Shown in pieces: positions 20,270-29,913 of a stretch of DNA of 64,000 nucleotides. Under the pieces are notes generated by a model, which was given only the letters and a program-made list of their open reading frames with translations, was not told the DNA's origin and did no database searches. Numbering within the stretch: position 1 is the first letter of the stretch; every line of letters begins with the position of its first letter. Position numbers and translations under genes: made by a program. Source of the DNA: an uncultured Alphaproteobacteria bacterium (GTDB taxonomy: Bacteria; Pseudomonadota; Alphaproteobacteria; Rhizobiales; Xanthobacteraceae). The stretch is taken from contig CAWJDW010000006.1 in NCBI GenBank assembly GCA_963841665.1, positions 7,304-71,303 on the forward strand, written 5' to 3'.

Positions 20270-21305
20270 GGGCGGCCTCCTTGTCGATCATGGCAGGCTT
20301 CTCCATGAGCGCGTTCAGAAGCTCCGGCGAGACGTTGAGCTGGCCGATCTTCTCGGCTTTCTCGGCGAGGCCTGAAAACGCCTGCGCGATCAGCTGTCCC
20401 GGCTGCATGCCGGTCGCGGCGAGCGCCTGGATCACCCTGATGTCGACGCCTTCGAAGATCTTCATCAGCGCGCCGACGCGGTACGCCTCGGCATCCGCCA
20501 GCATGCGGGTGTTCTCGGCGTTCAGCTCGACGAAATCCTTGCGCCGGCCCTCCAGCGCGATGTCGGCCACCATGCCGGTCTCGCGCAGCTCGTTCTGCTT
20601 GGCGGCAACGCTCGCCTCCGCGTCCATCTGGGTCTCGCGGATCGATCGCTTCTTCAGCTCGACCGCGATCTCGGTGTCGAGCTCGCTCTCGCGGATGGCG
20701 CGCTCCTGCTCGACCGCGAAATTGCGCCGGGCGAAGATCGCCTCGTCTGCCGTCTTGAGGATTGCCTCGCGCGCCTCTGCCTCCAGCGCTTTCGCCGTGT
20801 CCGGCGTCGGCTTCACTGCGCGCACGGCGACGCCGAGGATCTCGAGCCCGAGCGAAGCGATGTCGGCGCGGTTCCGCAGGCCGGTCGCGATCGCATCCGC
20901 GATGCGGTCGGAGGCGCGCAGCGCTTCCTTCAAGGTCATCTCCTTCACGAGCTGCTGCGCCAGCACCTCGACGGCGCCGAGGATGCGCTGCGGCAGCTTC
21001 TCCGGGTCGTCGGATTCATATGTCTTGCCGTCGCTTTTCAGCGTGAAGTTCAGCATCGCGGCCGCTTTCCGGGGCTCACTGACGCGGTAGGTGACATGAC
21101 CCTGGATCGTGAGCGACTGGAAGTCGCGTGCGGTCTGCTGGAAGATGAAGGCGGCGTCGCGGCTGCCGATCGGGATCGCGACCAGGGAGGTGGCAGGTCC
21201 GTAATAAAAGGTGGACAGGCCGGCGCCCTCCTGGGTGACCTGCCCGGCGCGGTATTTGAGCAGGTAGGTGGTGGGCTGTGCCTTGATGAAACGAAGACCG
21301 AACAT
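20253..21305 (-). CDS. SPFH/Band 7 domain protein with coiled-coil C-terminus
   Basis: MFGLRFIKAQPTTYLLKYRAG..., TARDFQSLTIQGHVTYRV, AYRVGALMK; overlaps the start of the kinase-like gene; AAGGA RBS. Confidence 0.88.
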   Translation of the reverse strand: MFGLRFIKAQPTTYLLKYRAGQVTQEGAGLSTFYYGPATSLVAIPIGSRDAAFIFQQTARDFQSLTIQGHVTYRVSEPRKAAAMLNFTLKSDGKTYESDDPEKLPQRILGAVEVLAQQLVKEMTLKEALRASDRIADAIATGLRNRADIASLGLEILGVAVRAVKPTPDTAKALEAEAREAILKTADEAIFARRNFAVEQERAIRESELDTEIAVELKKRSIRETQMDAEASVAAKQNELRETGMVADIALEGRRKDFVELNAENTRMLADAEAYRVGALMKIFEGVDIRVIQALAATGMQPGQLIAQAFSGLAEKAEKIGQLNVSPELLNALMEKPAMIDKEAARARRQ

Positions 21306-21318
21306 GGCTGCGTCCTTA

Positions 21319-21361
21319 TAAGTGTGTTACGCCAACTAAGTAAGTTGGACAGTACAACTAA
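21319..21361. promoter_or_regulatory. Two tandem 21-bp NrtR-type operator palindromes overlapping the SPFH operon promoter
   Basis: TAAGTGTGTTACGCCAACTAA (21319-21339) and TAAGTTGGACAGTACAACTAA (21341-21361); minus-strand TTGACA at 21376-21371. Confidence 0.75.
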
Positions 21362-21399
21362 GTATGCTATTGTCAAGCGACAAGGCAAAGAGGTTCAAG

Positions 21400-22146
21400 G
21401 TGGCGGACGAGCGGGCACAAAAGCGCAGCGAAAACAACCGGAAGGCGGGTGCCGCGCTCGATTTTCCGCGGCCCCTGACCACCGTCGATATCGTCATCTT
21501 CGTGATCCGGGACGATGCGCTGCAGGTTCTGCTGGTGCAGCGCGGTCAAGGCGAGGGCGAGCCGTTTCCGGGCGCCTTCGCGCTGCCGGGGGGCTTCGTC
21601 GATATCAACCGGGATCGCGACCTCGAAGCCTGCGCGCGGCGCAAGCTGAAGGAGAAGACCGGCGTCGTCAGTCCCTATCTCGAGCAGCTGGGGAGCTGGG
21701 GCAGTGCGCGCCGCGATCCGCGGGGCTGGTCGGCGACCCACGCCTATTTCGCGTTGCTGCCGGCCGCGGCGACCGATGGCGCGCTCGCACCCGACGCACA
21801 TTGGTTTCCGCTGACAGGCGACAAAGTGAAGCCGAAGCTCGCCTTCGACCACGGCGAAATCCTGGAGAGCGCCGTGCAGCGGCTGCGCAGCAAGGTCGAA
21901 TATACCTCGCTGCCGGCCTATCTGATGCCGCCGGAATTCACGCTGCCGGAACTGCAGCGAACTTTCGAGATCGTGCTCGATCGCCCGCTGGAGAAGAGCG
22001 CGTTTCGCACGCGGATGCTGTCGGCCGACCTGATCGAGCCGATCGACAAGATGCGCAAGGGACCGAACCGGCCGGCGCAGCTCTATCGTCTGAAGCCGGC
22101 GAAGGCGCCGGTCTATTTCGCGCGGACCTTCAATCCGCCCGACTGA
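21400..22146 (+). CDS. nrtR: NrtR family Nudix-related transcriptional regulator
   Basis: TTVDIVIF...ALPGGFV...LKEKTG...YLEQL...RDPRG (Nudix fold), LAFDH, then wHTH FTLPELQRTFEIVL...FR...GPNRPAQLYRL; GTG at 21400 with GAGG RBS. Confidence 0.88.
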   Translation: MADERAQKRSENNRKAGAALDFPRPLTTVDIVIFVIRDDALQVLLVQRGQGEGEPFPGAFALPGGFVDINRDRDLEACARRKLKEKTGVVSPYLEQLGSWGSARRDPRGWSATHAYFALLPAAATDGALAPDAHWFPLTGDKVKPKLAFDHGEILESAVQRLRSKVEYTSLPAYLMPPEFTLPELQRTFEIVLDRPLEKSAFRTRMLSADLIEPIDKMRKGPNRPAQLYRLKPAKAPVYFARTFNPPD

Positions 22147-22165
22147 GCCGGCCGTCGGTATGCGG

Positions 22166-22714
22166 TTAGGTGGTGTAGTTCAGCACCAGCGAGGTGCTGC
22201 TTGCGTTCGACGATGTGGTGCCGTTGGCGCCATAGGAGGAGGTGGACTGGCTGGCCGACTTCTGCAGCGCCTCGAGCAGCTGCTGCAACAATTGGGCCGC
22301 GTCCGTGGTCGTGCTCGACGACGAGTCCGTGCTGCTGCTGTCGTCGCTGCTTGCGCTGTCGGAGGCAGATGGCGGCGGTCCGCCCGGACCCTGCGGCTGG
22401 CCCGAGAATGTGTTGGCGAACACGCTTTTCAGCTCGGTGGCCTGGTCGGAGGTGAGCTTGCCGCTCGAAACCTCGCTCTGGATCAGGTCGTCGATCTTGG
22501 ACTTCATGTCCTGCGGGGAGGACGACGTGCTGGAGCTCGCCGACGCGCTGCTGCCGGCGCCGCTCTTCAGTGCGGAGTCGATGTCGTCGAGCGCCGAGCT
22601 CAACGCAGTCTGATCGGTCGAGCTGACGGTGCCGGCGGAAACTTCCTTGGCGAGCTCCTGCTTAAGCAAGGCGAGCGGCGAGGTAGAGGTCGAAGTCGCA
22701 GACGAGATGGTCAT
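22166..22714 (-). CDS. Ser/Thr-rich low-complexity hypothetical protein
   Basis: MTISSATSTSTSPLALLKQEL..., two similar helical units (EVSAGTVSSTDQTAL / EVSSGKLTSDQATEL), GGPPP linker; GGAG RBS. Confidence 0.7.
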   Translation of the reverse strand: MTISSATSTSTSPLALLKQELAKEVSAGTVSSTDQTALSSALDDIDSALKSGAGSSASASSSTSSSPQDMKSKIDDLIQSEVSSGKLTSDQATELKSVFANTFSGQPQGPGGPPPSASDSASSDDSSSTDSSSSTTTDAAQLLQQLLEALQKSASQSTSSYGANGTTSSNASSTSLVLNYTT

Positions 22715-23048
22715 GGCGTGCTCCAGGTTAATAGATCGGGCCTGGGAGCAGGTAAGATTGCCATGCTTAATGGGACCTTGCGCTGCATTTCGCGATATTT
22801 CCATGCTCTGCGCTGCACACACAATGAAGCAAGAAAGTGCGCGAAACTCCGTATAGCTACGGGCTGTCTGCCGCGCCAGCGAGCGCCGGGACGCGATTCC
22901 TGATCCTAGCAACGACTAATTAGCAGGTCGCGGTGATTCAAAATTGGTGACGTAATCCGGCGTAGATCGTGCCGGTCAGCGGAAAATTAACGTAAATCGG
23001 GAAGTATTTGCCGATCGCAACTGAGTGAACCCTATTGGACATCGCCAC

Positions 23049-25149
23049 ATGAAGCTGCTCGCTGGCCTTTCGATCCGCTCCGTCCTGGGTCTCATCATCA
23101 GCGTGCTGGCGTTGCTCCTGGTGGTACGACTGACTATCGACGTTACTGACGCGGTCGACCGTAATGCCGCCGCGGGGCGCGTCGAGCGGCTGGCCGGCAC
23201 GGACCAGCAATTGTTCGCGACACTGCTCGGCTTCCGGCTGGAGCGCGGCGCGTTTCTCGGCGCGCTCGTCAGTGAGCAGCCGGCCAGTGCCGAGATCGAA
23301 AGCCGGATATCGAGCAACCGTCAGGCCTCGGAGATCGGCTACAGCGCTGTGCTGGAACGTCTTGCGGGCTTCAGCAATGCCAAGCTCGCCGCCCGTCTCA
23401 AAACCATGATCGCCGTTCACGACAGGATCGCTTCGTTGCGCACCAGGGCGGACAGCGCCCTTCGCGAGCAGAAGTCGGCGCGGGACGGCGATCTGATCGA
23501 CGGGTTTCGCACCGGCGGACAGGAATATCTCGATGCAATCTTCGGGCTCACGGCCGATCTCGAAGAGACCTTGAAGCTGGTTGATCCCACGATCGACCAG
23601 CTGATCGGCGTCAAGCAGTCGGCTTGGTCGGCGCGCACCTATGGCGGCTCGCTCGCGGTGCGGATCGAAAGCTCGGGGACGTCCGGAAAGCCGTGGAGCC
23701 CGGCCGACTTGATCGGGGCTGCGGAGGATAATGGCCGCATCGTCCAGGCCTGGAGCCAGGTGCTCGACGCAGCCGCGCGCCCCGATGCGCCGGCCGCCAT
23801 CATCGCGCCGATCGCGCGCGCCCGGGAGCCCGATGCGGCCGCATTGGCTGAACGGCAAAAGGGCCTGATCAAGACGCTGCGCGAGGGCGGCACCATCGAC
23901 GTGCCGTTTTCCGAGCTGACCAAGCTCAACACGGCCGTGCTCTCGACCTATGTCGACGTCGCCAATGCCGCGCTTGCGGAGATGGTCAAGGCCGCCGGGG
24001 CGCAGATGAGCGCAACGCGTATCAGCCTTGTCATCAATGGTACGATGCTGGCGCTCGGCCTCGCCGTCGCGGCGTTGGGCTTCCTCGTCGTGCACCGCCG
24101 CATCAGCGCGCCGATACTCAGCCTGACAGAGGCCATGCGTCGGCTCGCCGAACGCGATTATGCGATTGATCTCGGCGACGCCGAGCGCCGCGACGAGATC
24201 GGCGAGATGTCGCGCATGGTCGCTGTGTTCAAGGACAACATGATCGAAGGCGATCGTCTCGCCGAGGAGAAGGCGGCCGAGCAGGCGCGCCGGGAGCGCC
24301 GGCAGATCGCGGTCGAGGGCCTGATCAAGCGGTTCGAAGTCGACGGTCACGGACTCGCTGCAGACGTTGACGCAGGCCTCGACCCAGCTCGACGGCACCG
24401 CGCACTCGATGTCGGCGACGGCCGATCAAGGCCAGGCCAAGGCCTCCGAGGTGGCGCACGTCTCGGAGCGGGCCTCGGGCAATGTGCAGATGGTGGCGGC
24501 CGCGACGGAGCAGCTTTCGGCTTCGATCGGCGAGATCAGCCGGCAGGTTACGGAATCGAGCACGATCGCCAATACAGCGGCGGCCGAGGCCGAGAAGACC
24601 AACCAGCAGGTCCAGGCCCTGTCCGACGCCGCTCAACGCATCGGAGACGTGGTCGCGCTGATCAGCGGCATCGCCAGCCAGACCAATCTGCTGGCGCTCA
24701 ACGCCACGATCGAGGCGGCACGGGCAGGCGAGGCCGGCCGGGGCTTTGCGGTGGTGGCCTCCGAGGTCAAGGCGCTGGCGAGCCAGACCGCCAAGGCCAC
24801 GGAGGAGATCAGCGCCCAGGTCGCTGGCATCCAGGGCGCGACCCGCACCTCGGTCGATGCGATCCAGGGTATCAGCTCGACCATCCAGCGCGTCAACCAG
24901 ATCACCACCGCGATCGCCGCGGCGGTCGAGCAGCAGGGTGCTGCGACCCGCGAGATCGCACGCAATGTGCAGCAGGCCTCCGAGGGCACCAACGAAGTAT
25001 CACGCAACATCGCCGGCGTGTCGGCTGCGACCGCCGAGACAGGCAAGGCCGCCGGCGAGGTGCTGGATTCAGCGAAGGCGCTGACCAGCCTGTCGAACGA
25101 TCTGCGGCGCGACGTCGACAGCTTCATCGGCGATCTGCGGGTCGCCTGA
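23049..25149 (+). pseudogene. Methyl-accepting chemotaxis protein (periplasmic sensor, HAMP and MCP signalling domains); frameshift at ~24337
   Basis: Two TM segments, HAMP (RRDEIGEMSRMVAVFK), signalling domain [34 protein letters not shown] in a second frame; deleting one A at 24337-8 gives a 699-aa ORF. Confidence 0.9.
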
Positions 25150-25170
25150 TGGGCTGATCGCGGCGGTCGA

Positions 25171-26691
25171 TCAGCTGCTGCGTTCTTGCTCCAGCTGGCG
25201 CCAAGTCCGATCGCGCGGCGCATCCTTGACGCCGCCGATCCGGAACGGGCTGTCGAACACAGCCAATGGCCGCCGTTCGGTCGTGAAGGCCGGCCAGCGC
25301 GCCGCGCTGTCAGGCCGCCCCTCGCGAATGAAACGCAGCACGCAGGCCTGTAGCCGTGCCGCGACCTCGATGTCAGCAAGTGTCATGGGGCCGCCGGCGC
25401 GCTTGAGCACGGGGCGATCGAGGAAGGCGGGCAGGTGCGCCCACAGGCAGGCATTGTCGGCGCCATGGGTCGGCCCCTGCGCGCTGAACGGTGCAAGCTG
25501 CGGCGCATGATCGAAGCGGCTCAGCCAGACCGATCCGCCGGCATCGGCCTGAAGCTGCGCAAGCTCCTCCAGCGGCCGGTGCCACATCGCGTCCGACAGC
25601 AGGGCCTCATAGGCATCCTCATCGGCACGCGCCGTGTCGCGGTAGCAGGCGAGCAGCCGCTCCCAGCCGGCATCGCCGAACTGTGCGCGAATGCGGGCTT
25701 CGGTCACCCGGATCATTGCGGCCGGCGGCTTGCTCTTCAGGAACATCACCATCTCGTCACGGCAGGATCCGAGCCAGAGATTCTGCGCGCGCACGGTGCC
25801 GTTGGCCACCGCCTCGCGCGGATCGCAGGCGATGAGAGTGCCGTCGAGCACCGGGCCGAACAACGTGCCATGCGCGGTTTGGCCCGCGACATCGCGGCCG
25901 ACGCGCTCTGCCGTTTCCAACAGCGTCTGCACGGGAGCATCGACGATGCGCGCCGCATCATGTGGCGCAAGATCGAGCGCGCTGAGAAAGCGGTCGGCGA
26001 TGTCATGGGCCTGAACCTTCGGCATGATGCCGCGACCGGGCACGCTGAAGGCGATGGCACCGCGGAACTTGGCGCGTGCCTGCGGCAAGGTCATCAAGGT
26101 GACCACCAGCGCGGCGCCGGCGGACTGGCCGATTAGCGTGATGGCATCGGCATCGCCGCCGAAGCCGCCGATATTGCTGCGGACCCAGTCGAGCGCGGCG
26201 AGCGTGTCGGTAACGGCGAGATTGTTGGCCTCCGACAGCGGGCCACCGAAGCGATCGAGCTGCAGGAAGCCGAGCGGGCCGAGCCGATAGTTGATGGTGA
26301 CGATGACGGCCGGGCCATGCTTGGCGAGGTAGGCGCCGTCATAGTCGGAGCCGGCGCCGGTGACGAAAGCGCCGCCATGAATAAAGAACAGCACCGGCAG
26401 CGGCGCTTCGACCTCTGCCGGCGTCCAGATGTTCAAGGTGAGGCAACCGGCCTCGGCATCATCTGTGACGAGGCCGGGCTGCGGCGCCACGGGGCCGAAG
26501 GCCGTGCAGCGCCGCGGCGCGTCCCAGGCGGGGACGGGCACGGCGCGCCGGAAGCGTATGGCCTGCGCGAACGGGATGCCCTTGAAGGCGCGCACGCCGT
26601 CAAGGGTCTCGCCGATCACGGCGCCGCCGCCGGTCTCGACCAGCGGCGCCGATGGCGTGTCAGGTGTGGGCGGATGCGGCTGTGCTGTCAT
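25171..26691 (-). CDS. Type-B carboxylesterase
   Basis: FKGIPFA, CLTLNIWTP, FIHGGAF, NYRLGPLGFL, catalytic GQSAG, THGAD. Confidence 0.92.
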   Translation of the reverse strand: MTAQPHPPTPDTPSAPLVETGGGAVIGETLDGVRAFKGIPFAQAIRFRRAVPVPAWDAPRRCTAFGPVAPQPGLVTDDAEAGCLTLNIWTPAEVEAPLPVLFFIHGGAFVTGAGSDYDGAYLAKHGPAVIVTINYRLGPLGFLQLDRFGGPLSEANNLAVTDTLAALDWVRSNIGGFGGDADAITLIGQSAGAALVVTLMTLPQARAKFRGAIAFSVPGRGIMPKVQAHDIADRFLSALDLAPHDAARIVDAPVQTLLETAERVGRDVAGQTAHGTLFGPVLDGTLIACDPREAVANGTVRAQNLWLGSCRDEMVMFLKSKPPAAMIRVTEARIRAQFGDAGWERLLACYRDTARADEDAYEALLSDAMWHRPLEELAQLQADAGGSVWLSRFDHAPQLAPFSAQGPTHGADNACLWAHLPAFLDRPVLKRAGGPMTLADIEVAARLQACVLRFIREGRPDSAARWPAFTTERRPLAVFDSPFRIGGVKDAPRDRTWRQLEQERSS

Positions 26692-28036
26692 GTGGGAGTC
26701 CGTTTGAACGCTTCTTGCCGAGATCGTTGATGCCGACCGCATGGGTCTCGTGTGCGGTGGCCGCCGCGGCCGCCGAGATCACGCAGCAGCAGGCGATGAA
26801 GATGGCGACCGGGATCCAGCCGTTGGGGCCGTCGCCGAGCAGGCTCTGGCTGATCACCGGCGTGAAGCCGGCGGCGAGGAAGCCGAGCTGGGTGCCGATC
26901 GCGGTGCCCGAATAGCGCACCCTGGTCTCGAACATCTCGGCATAGAACGACGGCCAGATTGCATTCGGCGCCGTATAGACGATGCCGGAGAGCACAAAGG
27001 TGGCCACCAGGATCGCGGTTGAACTGGCCGTGGTGATCGCCATGAAATATGGGAAGATCAACACGGCGCAGCCGAGCACGCCGCCGATGAACACCGGCTT
27101 GCGGCCGATGCGGTCGGCCAGGATCGCCCACAGCGGCTGCGTGACCAGCGCGACCGCGTTGGCCAGCACGCCGGCCCATAGCATGGTGGTGCGCGGCACG
27201 CCGAACTTGCTGGTGGCATAGCCAAGCGCGAATACCGCGGTGACCGTGCTGACGGTCGCGATCAGCGCGCAGACGATGACGCGCAGCACGTCCGGCCAGA
27301 AATCACGCAACAGCGCCACGATCGGGAATCGCGCCACGGTGTTGCGCGTCTTGATGTCGGTGAAGGCCGGCGTCTCCGGCATGGTGCGGCGGACCAGATA
27401 AGCGACGACGAGCACGACGAAGGACAGCAGGAACGGGATGCGCCAGCCCCAGCTCAAGAGCTGATCTTCCGGCATCGCCGCGACCGGGATGAACACCAGC
27501 GTCGCCAGGATGGCGCCCGCCTGGGTGCCGCTCAGCGTCCAGCTAGTGAAGAAGGCGCGGCGGCCGTTGTCGGAATGCTCCAGGGTCAGTGAGTTGGAGC
27601 CGCTCTGCTCGCCGGCGGCAGACAACCCCTGCAACAGCCGCAGCAAGGTCAGCAGGAGAGGGGCCGCGCTGCCGATCATGCGTGCGTCTGGCAACAGGCC
27701 GATCGCGAGCGTCGATCCGCCCATCAGGACCAGCGTGGTGATGAGCACTGCCTTGCGGCCGATGCGATCGCCGAAATGGCCGAGGATCACGGCGCCGATA
27801 GGGCGCGCAATGTAGCCGATGCCGAAGCTGAGCAGCGCCAGCACAGTCCCGGTCGCGGGATCGACATTGACGAAGAACACTTTCGGGAAGATCAGCGCCG
27901 CGGCGGTGCCGTAGATGAAGAAGTCGTAGTATTCGAGCATGCTGCCGACGAAGCTGACGACGGCGGCCCGGTGAGCCAGGCGGTCGCCGGATCGGTTCTG
28001 CGTCTGAGGCGCGCCCTTGGGCGTGGCTGATGTCAT
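26660..28036 (-). CDS. MFS metabolite:H+ symporter (ShiA-like shikimate/quinate transporter)
   Basis: GSMLEYYDFFIYG, GDRIGRK, RLLQGLS, WGWRIPFL, ETPAF motifs; context next to shikimate dehydrogenase. Confidence 0.9.
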   Translation of the reverse strand: MTSATPKGAPQTQNRSGDRLAHRAAVVSFVGSMLEYYDFFIYGTAAALIFPKVFFVNVDPATGTVLALLSFGIGYIARPIGAVILGHFGDRIGRKAVLITTLVLMGGSTLAIGLLPDARMIGSAAPLLLTLLRLLQGLSAAGEQSGSNSLTLEHSDNGRRAFFTSWTLSGTQAGAILATLVFIPVAAMPEDQLLSWGWRIPFLLSFVVLVVAYLVRRTMPETPAFTDIKTRNTVARFPIVALLRDFWPDVLRVIVCALIATVSTVTAVFALGYATSKFGVPRTTMLWAGVLANAVALVTQPLWAILADRIGRKPVFIGGVLGCAVLIFPYFMAITTASSTAILVATFVLSGIVYTAPNAIWPSFYAEMFETRVRYSGTAIGTQLGFLAAGFTPVISQSLLGDGPNGWIPVAIFIACCCVISAAAAATAHETHAVGINDLGKKRSNGLPHDSTAASAHT

Positions 28037-28151
28037 GCGTCTCCCCCTTGATGGTTTGCTATGCGCTTTGGCTTGCAGACGATGGGCGGGGGCACGTTTG
28101 CGGCATCCGACCCGGTCTGAGCTTGCGTTCTTAACGTGACCACCATAATGT

Positions 28152-28165
28152 ACGAACTAGTTCGT
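28152..28165. promoter_or_regulatory. Perfect 14-bp palindrome ACGAACTAGTTCGT, probable TetR operator
   Basis: Located between the divergent MFS and TetR-fusion genes. Confidence 0.7.
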
Positions 28166-28239
28166 TTCAAGAGAGAAGCTGACGGGACTGGAACACCGGG
28201 CGTCCGGATGCGATGAGGAGCGAGGCAGACCGCGAGGGA

Positions 28240-29799
28240 ATGATGTTGGAACGGACGGCGGGGGAGCCGCAGCCAGGCCGGCGCAAGAACGATCCGGAAG
28301 CGACCAGGCGCAACATCATCGATGTCGCGACCGAGGAGTTCGCCGCGCGAGGCTATTCGGGCGCGCGCGTCGACGAGATCGCCGCCAAGACCCGCACCTC
28401 GAAGCGGATGATCTATTACTATTTCGGTGGCAAGGAGCAGCTCTATCTGGCGGTGCTGGAGGATGCGTATCGCTCGATCCGCGAGCTGGAAGAGAGCCTC
28501 GATACCGAGAACTGCAGCGCCACCGAGGCGATCCGTCGTCTGATCGAGGCGACTTTCGAGCACGACGAACGCAATCCGAACTTCATCCGGCTGGTCTCAA
28601 TCGAGAACATTCATCGCGCGAAACACCTGAAGCACAGCGCGCAGCTGCGCGAAATCAATGCCAGTGTGATCGCCACCCTGCGTCGCATCCTGGAACGCGG
28701 CCGTGCCGAAGGGGTTTTCCGGCGCGATGTCGACCCCATCGACCTGCATCTGGCGATCAGCTCGTTCTGCTTCTTCCGCGTCGCCAACCAGCACACGTTC
28801 GGTGCGCTGTTCAATCGGGACCTTGCAGAACCTGCGGTGCGCAGCCGCAACAAGCAGCAGATCGCCGACATGGTGGTGGCGTATCTCACCGGCGAGGAGG
28901 GTGCGTCCGCGGCTCCGGCGCCGGAAGGAACGGCTGCCGCTGATATCGCGGAGCCGCGTGTCCTCACCGGCCTGATCGGAGCGCCGATCAAGCATTCAGC
29001 CTCGCCCGCGATGCATGAGGCGGCCGCTGCGGCGGTCGGTCTGCGCGGCCATTACCAGCTCATCGAAGTCGCCGGTGCCGACCGTGCCCAATTGCGCAGC
29101 CTGCTCGATAGCGTGAAACAAATGGGCTTCGCCGGCGTCAACGTCACCTATCCCTACAAGGAGGCGGTGGTGGAGCTGCTGGACGCACTCGCGCCGGAGG
29201 CGCAGGCGATGGGTGCGGTCAACACCGTGGTGGTGCGCGACGGCAGACTGATTGGCCACAACACCGACACCACGGGTTTTGCGCGCGCGGCTGCGCCGCT
29301 GGTCGAATCCTCCGGCCGCGGACCCGTGGCCCTGGTCGGCGCCGGCGGCGTCGGCAAGGCGATCGCCTTTGCACTGGTCAGCCTCGGCGTCAGCGAGCTG
29401 CGCATCGTCGATGCTGAACGTACCAAAGCCGAGACGCTGGCCGCGCTGCTGCGCGATCATGCCGGGGTCAGCGTCGCTGACAACGTCGAGACGGCGCTGC
29501 GCGGTGCGGTCGGTCTCGTCAACGGCACCCCGGTAGGCATGCTGCCGAACCGCGACAGCCCGGTGCCCGAGGCCTTGTTGCACGACGGTCTGTGGGTGGC
29601 GGATGCGATCTACTCGCCGCTGTGGACGCCATTGCTCACCGCCGCAAAAGCCAGGGGCGCGCGCGTGATGACCGGGCGCGAGCTTGCGATCCACCAGGCC
29701 GCTGATGGTTTCAGATTGTTCACCGGCCGCGCAGCGCCGGTCGATGCGATCGCGCTGGCGTTCGACGGTGTGATGGCGAAGCGGTATGGGGCGACGTAG
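28240..29799 (+). CDS. TetR-family regulator fused to shikimate/quinate dehydrogenase (AroE/YdiB family)
   Basis: N-terminal ATEEFAARGYSGARVDEIAAKTRTSKRMIYYYFGGKEQLY; Ala/Pro linker; C-terminal HSASP..H, GVNVTYPYK, GAVNTV, GHNTD, GAGGVG; single open frame. Confidence 0.88.
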   Translation: MMLERTAGEPQPGRRKNDPEATRRNIIDVATEEFAARGYSGARVDEIAAKTRTSKRMIYYYFGGKEQLYLAVLEDAYRSIRELEESLDTENCSATEAIRRLIEATFEHDERNPNFIRLVSIENIHRAKHLKHSAQLREINASVIATLRRILERGRAEGVFRRDVDPIDLHLAISSFCFFRVANQHTFGALFNRDLAEPAVRSRNKQQIADMVVAYLTGEEGASAAPAPEGTAAADIAEPRVLTGLIGAPIKHSASPAMHEAAAAAVGLRGHYQLIEVAGADRAQLRSLLDSVKQMGFAGVNVTYPYKEAVVELLDALAPEAQAMGAVNTVVVRDGRLIGHNTDTTGFARAAAPLVESSGRGPVALVGAGGVGKAIAFALVSLGVSELRIVDAERTKAETLAALLRDHAGVSVADNVETALRGAVGLVNGTPVGMLPNRDSPVPEALLHDGLWVADAIYSPLWTPLLTAAKARGARVMTGRELAIHQAADGFRLFTGRAAPVDAIALAFDGVMAKRYGAT

Positions 29800-29805
29800 T
29801 TGCCC

Positions 29806-29893
29806 GCAGGGTGGGCAAAGGCGCGAAGCGCCGTGCCCACCGCGATCGAGCGCGCAGGAAGGTGGTGGGCACGCTTCGCTTTGCCCACCCTAC
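29806..29893. repeat. GTAG-type REP doublet (REPIN-like inverted repeat)
   Basis: G(C)AGGGTGGGCAAAG...GTGCCCACC ... GGTGGGCACG...CTTTGCCCACCCTAC. Confidence 0.8.
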
Positions 29894-29913
29894 AAGAGGG
29901 GAAGGACCACCAC

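Noticed and set aside
24337-24338. Programmed ribosomal frameshifting in the MCP and the other split genes
   Set aside because: No slippery heptamer or homopolymer run; the same A-doubling pattern in unrelated genes favours sequencing error.
29800-29913. N-terminal extension of the dehydroshikimate dehydratase, or read-through from the TetR fusion
   Set aside because: The extension is translated REP sequence; the real start is ATG 29914 with an AAGGA RBS.
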